Numbered from the stretch's first letter, positions 15,104-25,025 are shown. The stretch: DNA of 59,621 nt from a virus (IMGVR_UViG_2974625098_000001:1-59621); one strand, 5' to 3'. Made by a program: numbers and translations. The notes: a model not told the origin generated them from the sequence alone.

Positions 15104-15553
15104 ATGTTCAGAATGCTGAGAAGGGCTTGGAGAGAACTAGAACTCCTAGTGAGCCGACCAATTAACCGGTTCACCGCAGCAACACTCGCTGTTTACACGA
15201 TGTTGTGGGGGTTCTGGCTCTCCAACCCCTTCTGGCAGGTGTTCAATCAGGCTGCGCTTTATCGCTGGATGGCAGAAGTTGCCACAGAAACGGTCTGGGG
15301 TATTGGAGCTATGACCGTTGGCGCAGTAATGCTTTACGGAGTCGTAAAGTCATCACACAAATCACTAACGATTGGAGCGTTTATCGGGTTCATTCACTGG
15401 CTTATGATTTCGGTCGCCTATTTCGCAGGTAATTGGCAGAACACCGGGGGTATTACCTCCATGTTCCTAGCTACGTACTGTGGCATCATTTACCTAAACC
15501 TGCGTGTGGTCAACCATAATTTGGCTTTTGAAAAGGACTCTGATATTATCTAA
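15104..15553 (+). CDS. Membrane protein, about four TM helices, 149 aa
   Basis: Four hydrophobic segments; fills the portal-protease gap. Confidence 0.8.
   Translation: MFRMLRRAWRELELLVSRPINRFTAATLAVYTMLWGFWLSNPFWQVFNQAALYRWMAEVATETVWGIGAMTVGAVMLYGVVKSSHKSLTIGAFIGFIHWLMISVAYFAGNWQNTGGITSMFLATYCGIIYLNLRVVNHNLAFEKDSDII
15521..15549 (+). promoter_or_regulatory. Leaderless promoter for protease, inside 3' end of upstream gene
   Basis: TTGGCT-17-TATTAT, ATG 6 nt later. Confidence 0.65.
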
Positions 15554-15555
15554 AC

Positions 15556-16902
15556 ATGGAGATTAAGAAGGCTCAGTGGGCAACAGATGGCGACACCGTT
15601 CGCCTTTCTATGCCACTGTCAAAGGTTGACCAGGAGAACCGACTCGTTTCGGGTTGGGCCTCTCTTGACAACGCCGATAGCCAGGGAGACGTAGTTCTCA
15701 AGGAAGCTAATGCAAAGGCGTTCAGCCGTTTCCGTGGAAACATCCGTGAGATGCACCAGCCAATTGCTGTTGGTCGCATGGTTGATTTCCGGGAAGACTC
15801 CTACTTCGACCCAGAGACTCAGAAGTTCTATAACGGAATTTTCGTTACGGTCTATGTTTCTAAGGGTGCGCAGGACACATGGGAGAAGGTTCTAGATGGA
15901 ACCCTCCAGGGATTTTCTATCGGCGGTGCGATTCTCGACGCTGAGACTCAGTGGGTAAAGGACGCTAACGCGACCATCCGCTTTGTCAAGGACTACGAGC
16001 TTATCGAGCTTAGCCTGGTAGATTCCCCAGCTAACCAGTTGGCTAACGTGTTCTCCATTACCAAGGCTGCTAATGGCACCCAGGTAATGAAGGGAATGGT
16101 AGCTGAGACCCGCTCAGAGAATGTCTTCTGGTGCGAGGACGATGGAATTGCAAAGACTTCCTCCGATGAGGCTGTTTCTTGTGGCAACTGTGGTTCCGCA
16201 ATGCAGAACATTGGATGGTTTGAGTACGATGGCGGTGACACGACGGAGAAGGTAGCGGCTATCGTCGCTAATCGTAACTCTACTTCTAACACGAGTGGTT
16301 CACAGGAGCCAATCGCAAAGCAGGCTGACCCTGCAAACAACGAAGGAGGTGTTATCGTGGCAGAAGAGAACAAGACTAATGAGGCTGAGGTTGACGCCGG
16401 TTCTACCGCTCCCGTTACCGATGAGGTAACCGAGGAGGGTAAGGCTGAGTCCGAGGTCGAGTCAAGTAATGAGACTGTGGTAGAAAACGCCGAGGTTGAG
16501 GAGCCTGTTGAGGAGCAGGCGGCTGAGACTGAGAAGGCTACCGACAATGACGAGGTTCAGGTGGACGAGCCTGATTTCGCGAAGATGTTCGGTGACCTAC
16601 AGAGCGCTATCGAGTCTGGCCTTGAGAAGAACGCGAAGCAGGCTGACGAAGCAATTTCGAAGGCAACCGAGCTGTTCGAGAACAAGGTAAATGAGCTAGT
16701 GGCAAAGCACACTGAGCTTACCGATAAGTTTGAGTCTCTAAAGAAGGACCTGGGTGGCGTTGAGAAGCGTCTTGAGGGTGTTGAAGGAGAGACTGCAATT
16801 AAGAAGTCCGGAGACCTCGGCGGGTCAACGGAGGATACCCTACAGAAGAGTAAGGGTTCTAAGTGGGGCGGGCGCTTCCTCGGCCTTTCCGACCTACAGT
16901 AA
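15556..16902 (+). CDS. Capsid maturation protease fused to scaffold domain
   Basis: VSGWASLDNADSQGD, REMHQP, GFSIGG, ELSLVDSPAN; CxE...CxxC element; acidic coiled-coil C-terminus. Confidence 0.9.
   Translation: MEIKKAQWATDGDTVRLSMPLSKVDQENRLVSGWASLDNADSQGDVVLKEANAKAFSRFRGNIREMHQPIAVGRMVDFREDSYFDPETQKFYNGIFVTVYVSKGAQDTWEKVLDGTLQGFSIGGAILDAETQWVKDANATIRFVKDYELIELSLVDSPANQLANVFSITKAANGTQVMKGMVAETRSENVFWCEDDGIAKTSSDEAVSCGNCGSAMQNIGWFEYDGGDTTEKVAAIVANRNSTSNTSGSQEPIAKQADPANNEGGVIVAEENKTNEAEVDAGSTAPVTDEVTEEGKAESEVESSNETVVENAEVEEPVEEQAAETEKATDNDEVQVDEPDFAKMFGDLQSAIESGLEKNAKQADEAISKATELFENKVNELVAKHTELTDKFESLKKDLGGVEKRLEGVEGETAIKKSGDLGGSTEDTLQKSKGSKWGGRFLGLSDLQ
16357..16902 (+). CDS. Probable nested scaffolding protein, 181 aa, from internal GTG
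   Basis: AAGGAGGT SD just upstream of in-frame GTG at the start of the acidic domain. Confidence 0.65.
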   Translation: MAEENKTNEAEVDAGSTAPVTDEVTEEGKAESEVESSNETVVENAEVEEPVEEQAAETEKATDNDEVQVDEPDFAKMFGDLQSAIESGLEKNAKQADEAISKATELFENKVNELVAKHTELTDKFESLKKDLGGVEKRLEGVEGETAIKKSGDLGGSTEDTLQKSKGSKWGGRFLGLSDLQ

Positions 16903-16936
16903 TTAACTTTTAGAAATTTGGAGGTGACACAACAAT

Positions 16937-17932
16937 ATGAGTAATGAACTACTTGAGAAGGTAATCCGCACTACCGAGGTTGGTTCCGGTGGTGGTGGTC
17001 TTCTCAACCCCGAGCAGGCAAACCGCTTCATCGACTACATGTGGGATGCGACCGTACTTGGTTCCCAGGTCCGTACCATCCGTATGCGTTCGACTGAGCA
17101 GGAGATTGACAAGGTTGGTGTTGGTGAGCGTCTAATGCGTGTCGCGACTGAGGCTGTCGATGATGGCGTCAACGCGGGTGCAGTCTTCACCAAGATTTCC
17201 CTAACGACCAAGAAGTTGCGTCTGGACTGGGAGCTTTCAACGGAGTCTCTAGAGGACAACCTTGAGGGTGACGCTCTTGAGGACCACATTGCGCGCCTTA
17301 TGGCTACGCAGGCTGGTAACGACCTTGAGGACGTTGCAATCAACGGTGACACCGCTAAGACCGGTGACGCTCTCCTAAAGGCGTTCGACGGTTGGCGCAA
17401 GCTGGCCCTCGCTGGTGGACACGTAATCGACAACGCTGGTGCTGGACTTAACCGTGCTGCGGCTAACAAGGCGCTTAAGGCGATGCCACGTAAGTACATG
17501 CAGCGTCGTAACGGCCTTAAGTTCTTCGCGGGTTCCAACCTGATTCAGGACTACATGTACGGTCTAACCCAGACCGACTCTGCCCTGATTTCTCTTGAGC
17601 AGGTTGCACAGGGTATCACCCAGAACGGTGTTCGTACCGAGGGTCCTGCGGGATTCAACGGTCCAAGCATCTTCGGTGTTTCTCTACAGGAGGTTCCACT
17701 CTTTGACGAGACCCTTGTTGGTGACTACGCTTCTCCTTCGGGCGAGCACGGTGACCTTTGGCTAACCTTCCCACAGAACCTTCTGTGGGGTGTAAAGCGT
17801 GAGATTCAGGTCTACCGCGAGTTCAAGCCAAAGAAGGACACCATCGAGTACACCATGTACTGCCGCGTTGGTACTCAGATTGAGAACGCAGACGCTTTTG
17901 TCGTTGTAAAGAACGTCAAGGTAGCTGCCTAA
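16937..17932 (+). CDS. Major capsid protein (HK97 fold), 331 aa
   Basis: SD GGAGGTGA; GGGLLNPEQ...FID, strong codon bias, position, terminator after. Confidence 0.95.
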   Translation: MSNELLEKVIRTTEVGSGGGGLLNPEQANRFIDYMWDATVLGSQVRTIRMRSTEQEIDKVGVGERLMRVATEAVDDGVNAGAVFTKISLTTKKLRLDWELSTESLEDNLEGDALEDHIARLMATQAGNDLEDVAINGDTAKTGDALLKAFDGWRKLALAGGHVIDNAGAGLNRAAANKALKAMPRKYMQRRNGLKFFAGSNLIQDYMYGLTQTDSALISLEQVAQGITQNGVRTEGPAGFNGPSIFGVSLQEVPLFDETLVGDYASPSGEHGDLWLTFPQNLLWGVKREIQVYREFKPKKDTIEYTMYCRVGTQIENADAFVVVKNVKVAA

Positions 17933-17946
17933 TCTTTCCAGTGATT

Positions 17947-17977
17947 GAACCCCTCGCCGAAAGGCGGGGGGTTCTTT
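17947..17977 (+). terminator. Intrinsic terminator
   Basis: gaacccctcgcc-gaaa-ggcggggggttc-ttt. Confidence 0.85.
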
Positions 17978-17980
17978 CGT

Positions 17981-18009
17981 TTGCCCATTGTGAAGCTTCA
18001 CGCTATAAT
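17981..18009 (+). promoter_or_regulatory. Promoter
   Basis: TTGCCC-17-TATAAT. Confidence 0.7.
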
Positions 18010-18044
18010 GATAAGAAATAGGGAAGGAAGGGTAACACCCCACT

Positions 18045-18443
18045 ATGAGTTTTGAGACTTTGAAGAAGGAAGACCTTCTTAAGATTGCCGAGGAGTTCGG
18101 CTCGGACGTTAAGCCTAGCGACACCAAGGCAGTTATTATCGCTACCCTGAATGAGGATGGCGTTACTTGGGAGCAGGCAGCTCAGCTAGACAAGCAGGTC
18201 GCTGAGAAGGATGCCGAGCTTCGCGAGGAGAAGAAGGCTGCCGACGCTGAGGCTAAGGCCCAGGAGGAGCAGGCGCTAATTAGGATGATGCGCGAAAATG
18301 GCACCTTCCAGGTTCGTGGCTACACATTTACTAAGGCCCACCCAATTGGTGTAGTGGCTGCTTCTGACGCCGAGTGGATTGTGGATAACGTTGAAGGTTT
18401 CCGCTATGCCACGCCTAGGGAGGCCCAGGAGTTCTATGGCTGA
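18045..18443 (+). CDS. Hypothetical virion-associated protein with N-terminal helix-extension-helix-like motif
   Basis: FETLKKEDLLKIAEEFG start; position after capsid. Confidence 0.8.
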   Translation: MSFETLKKEDLLKIAEEFGSDVKPSDTKAVIIATLNEDGVTWEQAAQLDKQVAEKDAELREEKKAADAEAKAQEEQALIRMMRENGTFQVRGYTFTKAHPIGVVAASDAEWIVDNVEGFRYATPREAQEFYG

Positions 18444-18822
18444 TATCGTATTTCCAGGTAAGGCGGCCGGGGGACCGCTTGGCCTGGATTACTTGCCCGC
18501 TAATTATGACCTGGTTCTATACAAGGGTGACTTTTTCCAGATGGCTGTGACGCTAAAGGACAGCACTGGAAACCCTATCGACCTGACCGGGTTTACAGCA
18601 CAGTGCAGCATCAAGGCAACTCTGGGGGCAACAGAGTCTTTCAATGCCACGCTGACAATTACCCCTCTGCTCGGAAAGATTGACGTCCTGCTCCCAAGCT
18701 CAGTGACGACTCTTCTAAATGCTGGTGACTATGTTTGGGACTTGCAGCTCACGGATATGGACGGAAACGTTCGTACATATTTCGCGGGCGACGTTAAGGT
18801 TTACGGGGAAGTGACGGCATGA
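18436..18822 (+). CDS. BppU N-terminal-like beta-sandwich protein, 128 aa (start revised)
   Basis: GNPIDLTG...YVWDLQLTD..G.VRT pattern; overlap with upstream stop. Confidence 0.75.
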   Translation: MADIVFPGKAAGGPLGLDYLPANYDLVLYKGDFFQMAVTLKDSTGNPIDLTGFTAQCSIKATLGATESFNATLTITPLLGKIDVLLPSSVTTLLNAGDYVWDLQLTDMDGNVRTYFAGDVKVYGEVTA

Positions 18823-21473
18823 CAACGCCAACTGGACCAATTGATGTAGAAATTACTGCGGGAGAGCCTGAGATTGTTGAAGTAACTCAGGCTCCCTCCC
18901 CAGGGCTGACCCTAGCTACGGCTGCCCCTACAAATTCTTTTGTTGCCCAGGCTCCAGCTCCTGGACTAACCCTAACAACCGCTGGCCCCCAGGGTCCTCC
19001 TGGTACCCGTCTTCTTCCAACTGTTGGACAGCCTAGCGACTCTCTCGGTTATGCGGGAGAGTACGCTATCGACACCGGAAGCGGTCGTCTATACGGGCCA
19101 AAGGCCCTTACCTGGCCTATCTGGTCAGAGATTACTCCGGTTACCGAGGGCGGCTGGAATTTCAACGGCTCTGCCGAAATCGACCCGGTTGAGGCCAATG
19201 ACGTATACCTTACCCGCGCTGGTGGTGGCTTTGGAGGAGGTACCGCATGGTACAGCTCCTTGCAGTCATCCACTGTAGACGTTTCTTTTGAGATGGAAAT
19301 GAGCGGAGGCTCGGGTGCTGATGGTATTACTTTCGCATTCGCTAATACTGGCACTGCCACGACATTTGTCGGCGGTGGCGGTGGAGACCTCGGTCTAGTT
19401 GGTACCGCTGCCGTAGCCGTTGCATTTGATACGGCGTCCGGTAGCCGTGCTCGTATCGTCACGACCACAGGTTCGTCCATGAGCACCGTAGCTACTTATT
19501 CAGGCGCTCTCGATTTTAGGTCGGCACCAGTCAACGTCCGAGTTAAGTACGATGGCACAAAGCTTTACTGCTGGATTGACGAAGTAGAAATCTTCAATCA
19601 GACAATCGCTATCAGCTCCAATGTTCGATTGGGATGGACTGCCGCAAACGGTGGCTCCGACGATAACCACATCATTAGGCACTCAAGCTTCCTGCCAAGC
19701 GGCGGAATGCTGCTCAAGGGTGAGAGGGGCGACTTCGGTCCTATTGGCCCTGGTGTTCCTGCGGGCGGTGGTTCTGGTCAGATTTTGCAGAAGAATTCAG
19801 TCGATGACTTCGACACCTTGTGGGTAGATAACGTTACTGGAGTTCCAGATGGCGGTATTGCTGGCCAGGTATTGAAGAAGAACGGCGCAGCCGATGGCGA
19901 TATTCTCTGGAAGGACATTTACCCAGCGGGCGGTTCTGCTGGACAGGTCTTGAAGAAGACTGGTCCCAATGACACTGACGTAGCTTGGGGCTCTGGTGTT
20001 CCTGCTGGAGGTACGACTAATCAGGTTCTAAAGAAGAACAGCAACACCGACTTCGACGCTGTGTGGGCTGCTGCTCCTACACCAGTTCCACCCGGTGGTA
20101 CTTCTGGTCAGGTGCTAAAGAAGAATAGTGCCACGGATTACGACATGGCTTGGCAGGCAGATAATGGCCTTATTGACCCTACGACCACTAAGGGCGACCT
20201 TATGGCTCGTACCGCGTCAGCTATGTCTCGTTTTGCTATTGGTCTGGATGGCTCCATTCTTACCGCAGACTCTTCTCAGGCTGCTGGCATGAAGTGGGCG
20301 ACTCCTACCGGATGGTTCCGTGGTGAATGGGTAGCTGACACTATTGCCTACGACCAGGGATTTTCTGGCGGGTCTATTCCATCTCCATTCACTGGTTCGC
20401 ATGTTGGTACGGCATCTGACCCATACATCGTAGCCACGTCTGCGGTAGGTGGTTCAGCAAGTCCATACACTGCTGCCGTCAAGATGCAGATTGGTAATAT
20501 CAACACCGGACATTCGTCCACGCTGACACTGCCACTCGCTTCGCTGGGAATTTCAGGAATCACCCGAATTAAGGTGTGGACTGGAAAGACTGATGCCAAC
20601 ATCGACTCGTCTATTTCCAAGAATGGCACGGCTGTTTTCTCTCAGCACCAGACGACCTATAACTGGACCGAGCGAGAATTTGCAGCGTCTTCTTCCGACA
20701 CCTTTACGTTTACCTGCTTTGGTAACTACGGAGTTAACTCTGGTACGACCGGTGGTCTGTTCGTTACTGGTATTCGGGTTTATGCAACGGCCAGCCCGTA
20801 CATGACTGGACAGTTTGTTACCTACAACGGCAAGCTGTGGAAGTCAACCCAGGACAATAACGGAACAACTCCGGGAGCTGGCGGTGCAACTTGGACCGAG
20901 ATTCCTCTTAATCAGATGACGGGTGTTGCCAAGGATGCAACCACCACAAAGGGAGACCTTTTGGTTCGAGACTCGACCGCAATTGTTCGTCTGCCTGTCG
21001 GCTCGAATGGTCAGGTTCTAACTGTAGACTCTGCTCAGGCTGCTGGTGTTAAGTGGGCACCGGCTCCTGCTGCTGTTGTCAGCATAAAGGTGGTTGAGCT
21101 TTCCGCGAACGTAAGCAAGAGCGATACCACGTCCTGGACAACCGTGCTTTCCGGAACGTTTACGCCAACCGGAACTTCTGTGGCGGTGACGGCCGGTGGC
21201 GTTTGCTCGAACAGCTCTGCTGGTGTGTATGCCAATTTCCAGGTGACTAGGGATGGTGGAGCTGGAGCAACCCTGCCTATGGGTAACTTCTACACCAACC
21301 ACAATGCCCAGATGCCATATTGGTGTCGCCGGGTATTTACGGGACTGACTCCAGGAACCGTGTACACGTTCTCGCTCCAGGTAAAGATGGCCACGTCTGG
21401 AACGTGGCAGTGTCGCCCAGCATCATTCCCGAATGATGAGCAGCTATCGCTGACAATTGACAATGTAGTCTAA
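18819..21473 (+). CDS. Fibre-like virion protein with legume-lectin domain, internal repeats and chitin-binding-like motif, 884 aa
   Basis: WNFNGSA...GADGITFAF; five GG..GQVLKK....D..W repeats; two TTKGDL repeats; GQFVTYNGKLWKS. Confidence 0.8.
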   Translation: MTTPTGPIDVEITAGEPEIVEVTQAPSPGLTLATAAPTNSFVAQAPAPGLTLTTAGPQGPPGTRLLPTVGQPSDSLGYAGEYAIDTGSGRLYGPKALTWPIWSEITPVTEGGWNFNGSAEIDPVEANDVYLTRAGGGFGGGTAWYSSLQSSTVDVSFEMEMSGGSGADGITFAFANTGTATTFVGGGGGDLGLVGTAAVAVAFDTASGSRARIVTTTGSSMSTVATYSGALDFRSAPVNVRVKYDGTKLYCWIDEVEIFNQTIAISSNVRLGWTAANGGSDDNHIIRHSSFLPSGGMLLKGERGDFGPIGPGVPAGGGSGQILQKNSVDDFDTLWVDNVTGVPDGGIAGQVLKKNGAADGDILWKDIYPAGGSAGQVLKKTGPNDTDVAWGSGVPAGGTTNQVLKKNSNTDFDAVWAAAPTPVPPGGTSGQVLKKNSATDYDMAWQADNGLIDPTTTKGDLMARTASAMSRFAIGLDGSILTADSSQAAGMKWATPTGWFRGEWVADTIAYDQGFSGGSIPSPFTGSHVGTASDPYIVATSAVGGSASPYTAAVKMQIGNINTGHSSTLTLPLASLGISGITRIKVWTGKTDANIDSSISKNGTAVFSQHQTTYNWTEREFAASSSDTFTFTCFGNYGVNSGTTGGLFVTGIRVYATASPYMTGQFVTYNGKLWKSTQDNNGTTPGAGGATWTEIPLNQMTGVAKDATTTKGDLLVRDSTAIVRLPVGSNGQVLTVDSAQAAGVKWAPAPAAVVSIKVVELSANVSKSDTTSWTTVLSGTFTPTGTSVAVTAGGVCSNSSAGVYANFQVTRDGGAGATLPMGNFYTNHNAQMPYWCRRVFTGLTPGTVYTFSLQVKMATSGTWQCRPASFPNDEQLSLTIDNVV

Positions 21474-21503
21474 TTGTCCAAATAACGGTGGAGAGGGTAT
21501 AAT
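21474..21503 (+). promoter_or_regulatory. Leaderless promoter
   Basis: TTGTCC-18-TATAAT, ATG 6 nt later. Confidence 0.75.
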
Positions 21504-21509
21504 GCAAAT

Positions 21510-22409
21510 ATGGAAATTTACAGGAATGAACTAGCTGATGTAGTCCTGAACGTGCCGGTTACGGCAATTCAGGGAACCTTCACCGTTACGGCGAATGACG
21601 GTTCTACAGTCCTGCACACCTTTTCCACCGTGACTGCTGTTCAGGGAGGGTACAAGGTTACCCTCCCATTCAGCCTGGTCGATAAGGATTCTGAGTTCAC
21701 CGTTAAGTGGAGCTTCAACTACAACGACGCGGGTACCACGAAGCCTTACACCTACAACACGCCCGTTCGTGTGGTGACCCCGTACGCGACCTCTGGAGAA
21801 ATTGCTGAGGCGATTCCAGATATCTCGACGTATGCAACCCCGGCCGAAATTAATCGTACCGAGAGGCGAATTCGTGGGGTCATCGAGAACTACACCGGAC
21901 AGAAGTTCGGTCGGTTCGTGGGCAAGCGTCAGGTAATTGGGGCAGGCGACAGCCAGCTCAAGCTACCCGAGCGTCTGGTGTCCATCACGAATCTAACTGG
22001 AGCCAATGTCCTACAGGGCGTGAGCATTCCAGATTTCTACGCGGTTCGTGGCGATGGGTATTACCTCGGAATGTCGAGTCCAACTCCAGAAGGCGATTAT
22101 GTATTCGAGAATGTAATCCGTGACCCAGATTCTATGTGGAATCGCGGCGGGTTCAGGGATAACGTCGTATACACCGTTGAGGGAGTATGGGGATATGATG
22201 AGGTACCGACTGAGGTAAAGGAAGCAGCTCTCATCATGATTGAAGAGGCGCTTTGTCCACAGGCTGTTTACCGTGAGCGTTATCTCAAGGCCATCAGTGG
22301 TGATGGTTGGCGCTACGAGTTTGTGGGAGCAGCTTATTCGGGTACCGGAAATGTGATTGCAGACCAACTACTAGAACAGTACAGGCGTACTACGATTACG
22401 GTGATTTGA
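21510..22409 (+). CDS. Head-to-tail adaptor, 299 aa
   Basis: VVTPYAT, IENYTGQKF, WGYDEVPTEVKEAA, ADQLLEQYR. Confidence 0.8.
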   Translation: MEIYRNELADVVLNVPVTAIQGTFTVTANDGSTVLHTFSTVTAVQGGYKVTLPFSLVDKDSEFTVKWSFNYNDAGTTKPYTYNTPVRVVTPYATSGEIAEAIPDISTYATPAEINRTERRIRGVIENYTGQKFGRFVGKRQVIGAGDSQLKLPERLVSITNLTGANVLQGVSIPDFYAVRGDGYYLGMSSPTPEGDYVFENVIRDPDSMWNRGGFRDNVVYTVEGVWGYDEVPTEVKEAALIMIEEALCPQAVYRERYLKAISGDGWRYEFVGAAYSGTGNVIADQLLEQYRRTTITVI

Positions 22410-22882
22410 TGCGTTGTCTATCGAGTGCAAAGCTAAGCATGTTGGTGGATGTCATCAAGCCATCCAGCGCTCCTACCGAGGGAGACACCACGGGTCACTG
22501 GGAATACGTCCAGGACCCGGATTCTGGTGCCATGGTTCAGGTGTGGGTGACTGATAATCCAGACACTCCAGGAACCGAAGGGCACGTTCTCAAGGGTGTG
22601 CGCTGCCTAGCGCGGTCCACTGGAATGCGTCCGGAGGTTTGGAATGCTGAATATCTGAACGAGGAATGGGTGAAGCTCACCGTGGCAGCTAATGCCAACA
22701 TCACCTTGCGGGACAAGCTTACCAACATCAGGACTTTCAAGGGTCAGCTTATCTGGACCGAGGAAGAGTCTGACGGTAATCCCGCCACCAAGTTCGATGT
22801 ATTCAGGGTTTCGCCAGTTATCGATGGCTTTGGAAACGTAGTGGAGAAGGCGGTCCTCGCCAAGAGGGCTGAGGTGCAGTAA
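22409..22882 (+). CDS. Head-to-tail stopper, 157 aa (start revised)
   Basis: TGATG coupling; position. Confidence 0.7.
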   Translation: MRCLSSAKLSMLVDVIKPSSAPTEGDTTGHWEYVQDPDSGAMVQVWVTDNPDTPGTEGHVLKGVRCLARSTGMRPEVWNAEYLNEEWVKLTVAANANITLRDKLTNIRTFKGQLIWTEEESDGNPATKFDVFRVSPVIDGFGNVVEKAVLAKRAEVQ

Positions 22883-23727
22883 TGGCAGGAAAGCCATTTC
22901 TGGCAGTGGGGATGGACTCGACCGAGGCGAATGCTTTGGCCGGGTTCCTCTCTACGCTCTCGGTAGAGATTAAGACCACCAGGCACATTGGTCCGGTTCT
23001 CAAGATGACTCACGCAATTATGAGTGAGGAGTTCACGGACTACATGGCCACAATGGCTCCTGCCCAGGCTTCCCGATTCCACCACGTATACGAGTGGGGA
23101 GCAATTGGTGTCCCCCAGGCAAAGCTGTGGGATGACAAGCTTATCGGTAATGGAAACAACCGAATCGCTACCTTCCGCTGGCGTGCATCTAAGAAGACCG
23201 TTCCGGTTCGCGAAGATTTTGCCGGGGTCGGTGTAAAGCAGATTCACGTATTCGTCTGGAAGGCTCCAGTAATGGAGTACGGAGAAACAGTGACCATTAC
23301 TCCGAAGCGTGGAAAGTTCCTTGCCTACTTCACTGGTCCTACAACCCCAGAGGGTAAGTATCCGGGACCTGGAGGCGATGAGCCAACAATTACCACCAAC
23401 CCGATTCGAGTCCAGAATCCGGGCGGTGCTACTCGGGGAGCTTTCACCCGAGAGTACGTAGCTTGGTGGGCTGGAGCAGCAGGACAGGCAACATTCGATA
23501 GGCGTATCCGTACAGTGCTGGAGAACGACCTCGGAAAGATGCCTATTGAAGAAACAACAAAGAAGTTCCGTCGTGCTCGCAATAAGACGTTCGGAATGCA
23601 ATCAGCAGCCGACTCGGAGAGGGCATTTGAATTCGGAAGGCTCGCTGCTAGAAAATACTTGCAGGCTCGTTCGGCTAACTACATTGCACAGGCGAGGGCA
23701 AGGGAAAGGTTGATTTACGGTGACTGA
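22882..23727 (+). CDS. Neck/tail completion protein (putative), 281 aa
   Basis: TAATG coupling; position. Confidence 0.6.
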   Translation: MAGKPFLAVGMDSTEANALAGFLSTLSVEIKTTRHIGPVLKMTHAIMSEEFTDYMATMAPAQASRFHHVYEWGAIGVPQAKLWDDKLIGNGNNRIATFRWRASKKTVPVREDFAGVGVKQIHVFVWKAPVMEYGETVTITPKRGKFLAYFTGPTTPEGKYPGPGGDEPTITTNPIRVQNPGGATRGAFTREYVAWWAGAAGQATFDRRIRTVLENDLGKMPIEETTKKFRRARNKTFGMQSAADSERAFEFGRLAARKYLQARSANYIAQARARERLIYGD

Positions 23728-24247
23728 TTACCGCACGATGGGCGCACACCAGATTAATAAGTATCTCTGGGGGAAGCTCAAGGATTTCGAATACAAGGCC
23801 GGGGTTAAGGCTTTTGGTGCTTATGGCACAGGAACGGGACAGAAGAATCTGACCCCGATTATTCCTACCCAGCAGCAGCCACAGTTCCTTGACATTGCTG
23901 GTGGTGCTCCGTTCCTTGTGTACAACTACATCGTCTCGCCATATGCCGCTGAATGGTGGCTTTGCCGAGAGCAGTGTGCTTACGTCATTTACGACAATGA
24001 CGAAGAAAGGCTGCGGGCTATTCATGGATACATGATTGACCTGCTAAAGCGAATGGACTGGACAGCTCGTGATGTGAATGCCTCATCCACGACTGACAAG
24101 CGATTCGATTTTAAGTACGTACAGCTTACCAGCGCTTCTGGACCTGATGAATTCAGTACCGAGGGTGGTCGTACAGGAGCCATGGTAGTCGTGAACTACG
24201 AATACACCATGGACATGGAGACAAACGACTCTGGCCTTCGGGTTTAG
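23720..24247 (+). CDS. Tail terminator (putative), 175 aa
   Basis: Directly upstream of major tail gene; size. Confidence 0.65.
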   Translation: MTDYRTMGAHQINKYLWGKLKDFEYKAGVKAFGAYGTGTGQKNLTPIIPTQQQPQFLDIAGGAPFLVYNYIVSPYAAEWWLCREQCAYVIYDNDEERLRAIHGYMIDLLKRMDWTARDVNASSTTDKRFDFKYVQLTSASGPDEFSTEGGRTGAMVVVNYEYTMDMETNDSGLRV

Positions 24248-24339
24248 AGTTTGCTTTAGAATTTAGGCGACGGTATTATACTCATATAGAGGAAGTGCCT
24301 AGCCAGCACATATAACTTTAATGGAGGTGACATTTCAAA

Positions 24340-24969
24340 ATGGCATATCAGGTACGTAACATCATCATCGGTGCGGCTGCGCTGTACATCTCGAAGAGTG
24401 ACAGCACTACGTCGAACTACACCGCCCCAACTCTGCCAGCCGCCCCAGGCGCAGGCCAGAGCTTTTCATCAGCTCTAGATGGCGCTTCTACTGACTGGCG
24501 TCACGCAGGATTCACGACCGAAGGTCTTGAGATTTCCTACGAGCCAGACTTTGGAGACGTTGAGGTTGACCAGCTTCTAGACTCTGCGAAGCTATTCAAG
24601 CAGTCTATGAAGGTAACTGTCAACACGACTCTCGCTGAGGCTTCCCTTGAGAATCTTCTTGTCGCGTGGGGTCAGAGTGCAACCACTCTAACTTCTAGCG
24701 GTACTGAGAACACTCTTGGAATTGCGGCAGGTGCTCTAGGCGATGAGCCTGTTGAGCGTTCGCTAGTAGCCGTTGGTCCTGGACCACGAGCTGCTGATGG
24801 TGCGAAGCGCGAGCGTATTTACCACGCCCGTCGTGTTCTTTCCGTTGAGGCTTCGGCTCACAGCGTAAAGCGCAACGAGGCTACGGTATTCCCAGTAGCG
24901 TTCCGTCTGCTACCAGACCCTAACTTCGCAGGCCAGGAGTACGGCGTAATCCGCGACCGTAACGTCTGA
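24340..24969 (+). CDS. Major tail tube protein, 209 aa
   Basis: SD GGAGGTGA; GFTTEGLEISYEPDFGDVEVDQ; promoter TTGCTT-17-TATTAT at 24251-24279. Confidence 0.9.
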   Translation: MAYQVRNIIIGAAALYISKSDSTTSNYTAPTLPAAPGAGQSFSSALDGASTDWRHAGFTTEGLEISYEPDFGDVEVDQLLDSAKLFKQSMKVTVNTTLAEASLENLLVAWGQSATTLTSSGTENTLGIAAGALGDEPVERSLVAVGPGPRAADGAKRERIYHARRVLSVEASAHSVKRNEATVFPVAFRLLPDPNFAGQEYGVIRDRNV

Positions 24970-24987
24970 GCGAACTAAAGTCATGAT

Positions 24988-25025
24988 GAGAGCCCCCGGC
25001 ATTTTTGCCGGGGGTCTCTTATTTT
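24988..25025 (+). terminator. Intrinsic terminator
   Basis: gagagcccccggc-atttt-tgccgggggtctc then T-rich. Confidence 0.85.

Noticed and set aside
22744-23601. 285 aa antisense ORF over neck genes, and similar ones at 45278-45946, 47829-48653, 55200-56462, 58183-58899
   Set aside because: Same antisense shadow effect; sense genes are coherent and coupled.
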